NCBI RefSeq assembly: GCF_036507355.1
Contig: NZ_AP027877.1
Source: Escherichia coli
GTDB taxonomy: Bacteria; Pseudomonadota; Gammaproteobacteria; Enterobacterales; Enterobacteriaceae
Length of the DNA stretch: 64,000 bases
Reading direction: 5' to 3' (one strand)
Below the pieces are notes generated by a model, which was not told the origin of the DNA, did no database searches, and saw nothing but the letters and a program-made list of their open reading frames with translations. Below are positions 56,970 through 64,000 of this stretch, piece by piece (the first letter of the stretch is position 1; each line of letters begins with the position of its first letter). Both the position numbers and the translations under genes were made by a program.

Positions 56970-57800
56970 ATGAACAACATGCTGAAAAGTGTTATTTCCG
57001 CTGCGACCCTGAGTCTGTGTCTGCTGACACCCGCTCATGCAGAAGAGCAACGTTATATCAGTATTCCCAGCGTCTTCGGGGAAGGTAAGCACGTGTCCCG
57101 TTCAGACCATTACAGCTACATACCGACCATTACCCTGCTGGAGAACCTGCAGCGTGAAGGATTCCAGCCGTTCTTTGCCTGCCAGACCCGCGTCAGGGAC
57201 CAGAGCCGCCGTGAGCATACGAAACATATGCTGCGCCTGCGTCGCTCCGGGCAGATAACCGGTCAGCAGGTGCCGGAAATTATCCTGCTCAATTCGCATG
57301 ACGGTTCGTCCAGTTACCAGATGTTGCCGGGGTATTTCCGTGCCATCTGTACCAACGGTCTCGTCTGCGGGCAGTCATTTGGCGAGGTGCGAGTGCCACA
57401 CCGGGGAAATGTCGTGGAGAAAGTGATTGAAGGCGCTTACGAAGTCCTCGGTGTGTTCGACCGGGTGGAAGAGAAGCGTGATGCGATGCAGTCGCTTTTA
57501 CTCCCGCCACCGGCACAACAGGCTTTTGCCAGAGCCGCGCTGACGTACCGCTTCGGGGAAGAGCACCAGCCGGTGACGGAAGCGCAGATACTGACACCCC
57601 GCCGCTATGAAGACCGTCAGGATGACCTGTGGTCAGTTTTTAATCGGTGCCAGGAGAACCTGCTCAAAGGGGGGCTGCCAGGACGTACTGCCAAAGGCAA
57701 ACGCAGCCATACCCGCGCGGTGAAAGGCATCGACGGCGACGTTAAGCTCAACCGGGCACTCTGGGTGATGGCGGAAAAACTGCAGCAGGCGCTGAGCTGA
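56970..57800 (+). CDS. DUF932-family protein (YfjQ/YafZ-like) with an atypical signal-peptide-like N-terminus
   Basis: ..EIILLNSHDGSSSYQMLPGYFRAICTNGLVCGQSFGEVRVPHRGNVVEKVIEGAYEV..; first ~25 codons nearly duplicate the 5' end of the gene at 55853. Confidence 0.6.
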   Translation: MNNMLKSVISAATLSLCLLTPAHAEEQRYISIPSVFGEGKHVSRSDHYSYIPTITLLENLQREGFQPFFACQTRVRDQSRREHTKHMLRLRRSGQITGQQVPEIILLNSHDGSSSYQMLPGYFRAICTNGLVCGQSFGEVRVPHRGNVVEKVIEGAYEVLGVFDRVEEKRDAMQSLLLPPPAQQAFARAALTYRFGEEHQPVTEAQILTPRRYEDRQDDLWSVFNRCQENLLKGGLPGRTAKGKRSHTRAVKGIDGDVKLNRALWVMAEKLQQALS

Positions 57801-58067
57801 TGCCACCACTGCCTGATAACGCCCACCCGGCCGCCATTAATCCTGCCCCCTGGAGAACAACCCCGGCAGCCGCCCCATCTCCGATGACGACCTGTGCGCC
57901 TGTGCTCACACCTTCTTTATCGTCCCGGTGAACTCAGTTTCTGCCGGTTAAGTCTCGCTGACGGCCACTGGCCCTCACACTGTGATGAAGACGGCTATGC
58001 GCAGTCCTGTCCGTCACTCCGATTGAACCGGTATCCCCAACACAATGAATGAAAGAGGAAAAACAAC

Positions 58068-58538
58068 ATGACCGATAACACTCTGCCACTGTTCACACCC
58101 GCAGCAGATGCTCCTGCTGCGGCTCAGCATCAGATTATCGCTATACCGGTAACCGATGAGAACCGCATCAGCTTCTGGCCGCAGCACTTTGGCAGCATTC
58201 CGCAGTGGATAATCCTTGAGCCGACCATCTTCGCGTGGATGGACCGCTTCTGCACGGACTACAGCGGCGGCATCTGGAATTTTTACACGCTGAGCAACGG
58301 CGGCGCGTTTATGGCCCCGGAAGTGGAGAACGATGAACTCTGGTCGCTGTTTAACACGATGAACGGCAACGGCGGTGACATGAGTGCCGAAGCTGCAGGG
58401 ATTGCGGTCTGTCTGATGGCTTTCAGCCACCATGCCTGCCGTACCGAATGCGACGCCATGACGGAGCACTACTACCGCCTGCGGGACTACGCGCTCAACC
58501 ACGCGGAATGCAACGCCATCATGCACATCATCGACTGA
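58068..58538 (+). CDS. Antirestriction protein, ArdB/KlcA-like (156 aa)
   Basis: ..[51 protein letters not shown].. Confidence 0.8.
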   Translation: MTDNTLPLFTPAADAPAAAQHQIIAIPVTDENRISFWPQHFGSIPQWIILEPTIFAWMDRFCTDYSGGIWNFYTLSNGGAFMAPEVENDELWSLFNTMNGNGGDMSAEAAGIAVCLMAFSHHACRTECDAMTEHYYRLRDYALNHAECNAIMHIID

Positions 58539-58549
58539 GGTCAGCCGCT

Positions 58550-59029
58550 ATGGAGCAACAGTTACCGTTGTTTGCCCGTGAATTAGCCCCTGCCGACCAG
58601 CAGACAGTCAGGAAAGCCTTATCTCTGCTGGAGTGCCAGCTACGTGAAACCGGCGCGTCATTTACTTCCAGCCATGCTGTCCGCGACTGGCTGCGCCTGC
58701 AGCTCGCGTCACTGGAGCGGGAAGAGTTTACCGCGCTCTTTCTCGATAACCAGCATCGCCTGATAGCCCACGAAACGCTATTTACCGGCACCATCAACCA
58801 TACGCAGGTCCATCCCCGCGAAGTGGTGAAGGCCGGTCTGAAGCATAACTGCGCCGCTGTCATTGTCGCCCATAGCCATCCCTCCGGGGAGGCTGAACCC
58901 AGCAAGGCAGACCGTCAGGTCACTACGCGTATTCAGCAGGCGCTGGACCTGGTTGATATCCGCTTGCTGGACCACCTGGTGGTCGGCGGCATGGAGATCA
59001 CCTCGTTTGCAGATCGTGGCTGGCTGTAG
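58550..59029 (+). CDS. RadC-like JAB-domain protein
   Basis: Start [14 protein letters not shown] inside ORF 58448..59029; ..[27 protein letters not shown].. Confidence 0.8.
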   Translation: MEQQLPLFARELAPADQQTVRKALSLLECQLRETGASFTSSHAVRDWLRLQLASLEREEFTALFLDNQHRLIAHETLFTGTINHTQVHPREVVKAGLKHNCAAVIVAHSHPSGEAEPSKADRQVTTRIQQALDLVDIRLLDHLVVGGMEITSFADRGWL

Positions 59030-59049
59030 CACAACAGGAGAATAACCGA

Positions 59050-59271
59050 ATGAAAATTATCAGTAAACGTCAGGCTATGGCGATATACCGCCAGCATCCG
59101 CAGTCCCGGTTGTTTCCCTTCTGCACGGGTAAATACAAATGGTCTGGCAGCATCTGCCACTACGCTGGGCAGGAGGTTCAGGATATCAGCGGTGTGCTCG
59201 CGGTCTTCGCTGAACGCCGTCAGAACCGCAACGGCCCCTATGTCGTATTACGCAGCGTCACGCTGAATTAA
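59050..59271 (+). CDS. DUF987 protein
   Basis: MKIISKRQAMAIYRQHPQSRLFPFCTGKYKWSGSICHYAGQEV.. Confidence 0.7.
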   Translation: MKIISKRQAMAIYRQHPQSRLFPFCTGKYKWSGSICHYAGQEVQDISGVLAVFAERRQNRNGPYVVLRSVTLN

Positions 59272-59294
59272 CACACGTTTAAGGAAGGCTAAAA

Positions 59295-59654
59295 TTGTCG
59301 AATAAAATACCGACAGTAAACCACGATATCACTGAACCCTGGTGGGGGCTTAAACGCAGTATCACGCCCTGTTTTGGCGCACGGCTGGTGCAGTCGGGCA
59401 ACTGTCTGCATTATCTCGCTGACCGGGCCAGCATCACCGGACAGTTCAGCGACGGGGATTTACGGCATCTCGACCAGGCATTTCCACTGCTGCTCAAACA
59501 GCTTGAACTGATGCTCACCAGCGGTGAACTCACTCCCCGCCATCAGCACTGTGTCACGCTCTATGCAAAAGGGCTGACCTGCGAGGCCGACTCCCTCGGC
59601 TCGCATGGTTACGTATACCTGGCGATTTATCCGACACCAGCGGCAACCGCGTAA
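59295..59654 (+). CDS. Type IV TA antitoxin, CbeA/YeeU family (TTG start)
   Basis: ..[79 protein letters not shown]; SD aaggaagg upstream. Confidence 0.8.
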   Translation: MSNKIPTVNHDITEPWWGLKRSITPCFGARLVQSGNCLHYLADRASITGQFSDGDLRHLDQAFPLLLKQLELMLTSGELTPRHQHCVTLYAKGLTCEADSLGSHGYVYLAIYPTPAATA

Positions 59655-59704
59655 AGCTTCTTACTACTTACCCTCGTTTTACCCATCAACAAAGAGATCC
59701 CACT

Positions 59705-60082
59705 ATGCAAACCCAACCACTATCCTCAACGCAGGAGGCTACATCACGCCCGTCACCGGTGGAGATCTGGCAACGGCTTCTGAGCCACCTGTTGGATCGT
59801 CACTACGGTCTGACGCTTAACGACACGCCGTTTGGCAACGACGGTGTGATTCAGGAGCATATCGACGCCGGTATATCACTGTGCGACGCCGTGAATTTTA
59901 TTGTGGAGAAGTACGATCTGGTGCGCATCGATCGTCACGGTTTCAGTACAGAAACACAGTTGCCGCGTCACACCAGTATCGATATTCTCCGCGCCCGCAA
60001 AGCCACCGGGTTGATGACTCGCAACGATTACAGAACGGTGACCGACATCACCACCGGTAAATACCGTGGGGGGCATCGATGA
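59705..60082 (+). CDS. Type IV TA toxin, CbtA/YeeV family (125 aa)
   Basis: ..[64 protein letters not shown].. Confidence 0.8.
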   Translation: MQTQPLSSTQEATSRPSPVEIWQRLLSHLLDRHYGLTLNDTPFGNDGVIQEHIDAGISLCDAVNFIVEKYDLVRIDRHGFSTETQLPRHTSIDILRARKATGLMTRNDYRTVTDITTGKYRGGHR

Positions 60083-60570
60083 AGTTATCCCTGACGGTAG
60101 AAGCCGACGCCATCAACGTTCTGGCCCTGAATGCGGGCCGGATCGCTGTGGATATTGACGGCATTGAACTGGCTGCGCTGATCGATGTGGTCTGTGATAA
60201 CGGTTATTCCCTTCGCGTTGCTGACTCCCCCGGAAAGCTGGTCGTTGAAGATCCGCTTCCACCCGTCGCCCGCGTTAATGGCATCCAGTGCAGTACCGCG
60301 CATATTACGGAGAAAGACAACGCTCTGCTGTTTACTCTTTCACACCAGAATGAAGACTTTGGTGAGTCGGAATGGATTAGTTACACCGGGTCGGGTTATC
60401 TGCTCCACCTGGGTGCCTGGTCATTTCCGGTCTTACGCCTCAAACGTCTCGGTCTGTCGAAAGCCTGCCGTCGGTTAGTAGTGACGCTTATCCGTCGCTA
60501 CGCCGTTGGCATTGTTCATCTGGATGCCTTTGGCGAAGTGCTGCCGGGCTTTGACATTTTCGACTGGTAA
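60079..60570 (+). CDS. YeeW-like protein (DUF5983-type) downstream of cbtA
   Basis: Position and size typical of yeeW homologues in KpLE2/CP4-type modules. Confidence 0.5.
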   Translation: MKLSLTVEADAINVLALNAGRIAVDIDGIELAALIDVVCDNGYSLRVADSPGKLVVEDPLPPVARVNGIQCSTAHITEKDNALLFTLSHQNEDFGESEWISYTGSGYLLHLGAWSFPVLRLKRLGLSKACRRLVVTLIRRYAVGIVHLDAFGEVLPGFDIFDW

Positions 60571-60601
60571 ATCTTCTCACCAATAAGCACAGGATATTCT
60601 C

Positions 60602-60805
60602 ATGGAGAAATTAACCACCGAAGTGGCTCTCAACGTTCTGATTGACTGGCTGCAGGACAACATCGATTGTGGGAACATGATTATTTTCGACAACGACGAA
60701 GACAACACCGATTCAGCAGTGCTGTTGCCCTGGATTGAACGTGCGCGTCAGGACGTTCGCGATCTCCGTCATCTTCAACTTCTGCGACAGACCAGTACAG
60801 ATTAA
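60602..60805 (+). CDS. Small acidic protein (67 aa), DUF957-like by position
   Basis: ORF with ATG start; conserved slot after yeeW in such islands. Confidence 0.4.
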   Translation: MEKLTTEVALNVLIDWLQDNIDCGNMIIFDNDEDNTDSAVLLPWIERARQDVRDLRHLQLLRQTSTD

Positions 60806-60885
60806 CCACCGAACAGTACTCATCACTTACTCATAATCGCCAGCCCTCACCGGCTGGCGCTTTGCTTTATATAAGGAACGAAATA

Positions 60886-61730
60886 ATGTCAGAGCTTACT
60901 CTCACCAAACCCGAAGTATTAACCGGCCACACCGACGTGATTTGCTCCACCAGCATTGAGCGTATTGTCACGGGACGTAATGCCGCGCTGGCGCAGATTG
61001 AAGTGCTCATGCAACAACTGGACGATGTTTCGATGCTGACCCGCAGTCTCGGGGGAAAAACCGCGCTGGACTGGGCTATGAAGCAGGATTTCCGTTGCGG
61101 CTGCTGGTTGATGGAGAAACCAGAAACGGCGATGAAAGCTATTACCCGTAATCTCGATCGCAGCATATGGCGAGACCTGATGAAGAAGTCGGGCATGATT
61201 TCGCTCATGGATGCTCAGGCTCGTGACCAGTGGTACAACAGTCTGGAAAAGGATGACATTCCTGCCGTCAGCGAAGAGAATATTCTCAGCACGTTTGAGC
61301 AACTGCATCTGAACAAGGGCGAGGTGTTTGAGCGCGGAGTGATAAATGTGTTCAAAGGTTTAAGCTGGAATTTTAAGACAAATTCCCCTGCAAGTTTGGG
61401 GCGAAAATTATCGTTACCGGACTAGTCAAGTTCGATCGGTGGGGATTTGGGCTTAACTGGGGCTGGCAGCGTGACCGGTTAGCTGACCTTGAGCGTATGC
61501 TGATGCTTCTTGATGGCAAACCGGTTCCCTACAACCGCGCTGACGTTACCCGTCGTCTCAGCGATCATATCCATGAGAACAGGCACAGTAACCGTTACGA
61601 GGATGAGATGTTTGTGATTAAGTATTTTCAGAAGGGAACTGCACACATCGTATTCAAGCGACCTGAGTTGATTGATAAGCTGAACAACATCATCGCCCGA
61701 CACTATCCGGGAGCACTGCCAGCGAGATGA
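60886..61730 (+). pseudogene. DUF4942-like protein gene interrupted by a frameshift near 61400..61440
   Basis: ORF 60862..61425 (start MSELTLTKPE after SD aaggaa) and ORF 61497..61730 are joined by an alternative frame (..IIVTGLVKFDRWGFGLNWGWQRDRLADLERMLMLLDGK..). Confidence 0.45.
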
Positions 61731-61862
61731 GAGGTGAGTGAGTTGTCCGAAGCTATCTCAGGTGAGCCAGTGCAAGCCGGACGGCAATGGCATACTGGAT
61801 GGCATACCGAAAAAAACAAGCATAAAAAAGGCCATGCTAATCAATAGCATGGCCTCGAATAG

Positions 61863-61939
61863 TGGCGGAACGGACGGGACTCGAACCCGCGACCCCCTGC
61901 GTGACAGGCAGGTATTCTAACCGACTGAACTACCGCTCC
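61863..61939 (-). tRNA. aspV: tRNA-Asp (anticodon GUC)
   Basis: Reverse complement reads GGAGCGGTAGTTCAGTCGGTTAGAATACCTGCCTGTCACGCAGGGGGTCGCGGGTTCGAGTCCCGTCCGTTCCGCCA. Confidence 0.9.
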
Positions 61940-62071
61940 GCGTTGTGTTCCGTTGGGAACGAGGCGAATATTACGGATTGCCTCACCCTTCGTCAATGGT
62001 TTTTCTCATCTTTTGAATCGTTTGCTGCAAAAATCGCCCAAGTCGCTATTTTTAGCGCCTTTTACAGGTAT

Positions 62072-62803
62072 TTATGCCCGCCAGAGGCAGCTTCCGCCTT
62101 TCTTCTGCACCAGATCGAGACGGGCTTCATGTGCTGCAAGCTCTTCATCTGTCGCAAAAACAACGCGTAACTTACTTGCCTGACGTACAATGCGCTGAAT
62201 TGTTGCTTCACCTTGTTGCTGCTGTGTCTCTCCTTCCATCGCAAAAGCCATCGACGTTTGACCACCGGTCATCGCCAGATAAACTTCCGCAAGGATCTGG
62301 GCATCGAGTAATGCCCCGTGCAGCGTTCGTTTACTGTTATCTATTTCGTAGCGGGCACATAACGCATCGAGGCTGTTGCGTTTACCGGGAAACATTTTCC
62401 TCGCCACCGCAAGGCTATCGGTGACCTTACAGAAGGTGTTGGTCTTCGGAATATCACGCTTAAGCAACGAGAACTCGTAGTCCATAAAGCCGATATCGAA
62501 CGCTGCGTTATGGATCACCAACTCCGCGCCGCGGATATAGTCCATGAACTCATCGGCTACTTCGGCAAACGTGGGCTTATCGAGCAAAAACTCATCGGCA
62601 ATACCGTGTACGCCAAAGGCTTCCGGATCCACCAGCCGATCGGGTTTGAGATAAACATGGAAGTTATTGCCCGTCAGGCGACGGTTCACCACTTCAACGG
62701 CACCAATCTCAATGATCTTGTGGCCTTCATAGTGCGCACCAATCTGGTTCATACCGGTGGTTTCGGTATCGAGAACGATCTGGCGTGTAATTGCAGTGCT
62801 CAT
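62072..62803 (-). CDS. dnaQ: DNA polymerase III epsilon subunit (243 aa)
   Basis: Start [20 protein letters not shown] inside ORF 62072..62812. Confidence 0.95.
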
Positions 62804-62867
62804 AGCGGTCATTTATGTCAGACTTGTCGTTTTACAGTTCGATTCAATTACAGGAAGTCTACCAGAG

Positions 62868-63335
62868 ATGCTTAAACAGGTAGAAATTTTCACCGATGGT
62901 TCGTGTCTGGGTAATCCTGGACCTGGGGGCTACGGCGCTATTTTACGCTATCGCGGACGCGAGAAAACTTTTAGCGCTGGCTACACCCGCACCACCAACA
63001 ACCGCATGGAGTTGATGGCCGCTATTGTCGCGCTGGAGGCGTTAAAAGAACATTGCGAAGTCATTTTGAGTACCGACAGCCAGTATGTCCGCCAGGGTAT
63101 CACCCAGTGGATCCATAACTGGAAAAAACGTGGCTGGAAAACAGCAGACAAAAAACCAGTAAAAAATGTCGATCTCTGGCAACGTCTTGATGCTGCGCTG
63201 GGGCAGCATCAAATCAAATGGGAATGGGTTAAAGGCCATGCCGGACACCCGGAAAACGAACGCTGTGATGAACTGGCTCGTGCCGCGGCGATGAATCCCA
63301 CACTGGAAGATACGGGCTACCAAGTCGAAGTTTAA
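62868..63335 (+). CDS. rnhA: ribonuclease HI (155 aa)
   Basis: Start [26 protein letters not shown] inside ORF 62757..63335. Confidence 0.95.
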
Positions 63336-64000
63336 GCCTGTGGTTTACGACATTGCCGGGTGGCTCCAACCGCCTGGCGAATTCGTGGCTTGTTTTTACT
63401 CTGTTTCATCGGATTTAGCGTTAAAGGAATAGTCCGTTTCCGGGCAACAATAAGTTGTAAGCAACCAAGCGCAGGAATATGCGCATTCAAAAGTTTTCCT
63501 CCGTGTTTGTTCCATGGGAGAACGTGGAAACGGCTGGCGTGTAGCACTTCAAAATTCAACAAAGAGAGCCAGTCCAGTTGCCGCATCAGAGTAAACATCC
63601 GGCTGTTATAGGGCGAGGTTTTGCGCAATACCGGCACAAGTTTGCGTAATCCCATTAAACTAATGGGATTGAAGCCACTAATGACCAGCCAGCCATCATC
63701 AATCAATACCCGATCGGCTTCACGCAATAAACGATGCGGATCGGTGCACCACGGCAATGTATGTGCCAGTAGACAAACATCAACGGATTTATCGGCAAAA
63801 GGAAGATGAAGTGGATCCGCCTGCACCTGGACGGGCATTCCTTGCGCAGAAACATTCACTTGATGAGAAACCGCGCACGCTTCGCAATTGATTTCTGCGC
63901 TTAAATTGCCAATCTTAAGCAGATGAAAACCATACATTTTAGTGAACCACGGGTTGAGCTGGCGCTCCAGCGCCTTGCGATAAAGCTCTCCCCAGGGCAA
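63332..64000 (-). CDS. yafS: SAM-dependent methyltransferase YafS, 5' end beyond window
   Basis: ..[35 protein letters not shown]..; convergent with rnhA. Confidence 0.8.

Overview
E. coli-type chromosomal segment, in inverse orientation relative to K-12 numbering. It runs from a thrW-linked island (1-16.4 kb) through a conserved core block (proAB, phoE, crl, frsA, gpt, pepD, dinB, rayT, dinJ-yafQ, gmhA, fadE, ivy, yafV) into a ~23.5 kb aspV-linked island (38.3-61.9 kb), ending with aspV, dnaQ, rnhA and yafS. The thrW island carries afuC, mmuMP, IS5, an IS-bracketed lactate-utilisation module (LctP-family permease, Dld-like dehydrogenase, lutABC/ykgEFG-like), a nested IS1/IS2 scar and a CP4-6-like module ending in a CbtA/CbeA type IV toxin-antitoxin pair. 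The aspV island is a decayed type VI secretion (T6SS) locus: hcp, an N-truncated vgrG, a tssB stub cut by an IS3-family element, and no core machinery. It retains two effector cassettes, a vgrG stub-DUF4123-Tle1 (DUF2235 lipase) module and an HExxH metallopeptidase-like protein with an AT-rich candidate immunity gene, plus a second, partly pseudogenised CbtA/CbeA prophage-remnant module. The most likely undescribed element is the HExxH protein and its partner. All calls rest on reading the sequence and remembered protein families; no database search was run.
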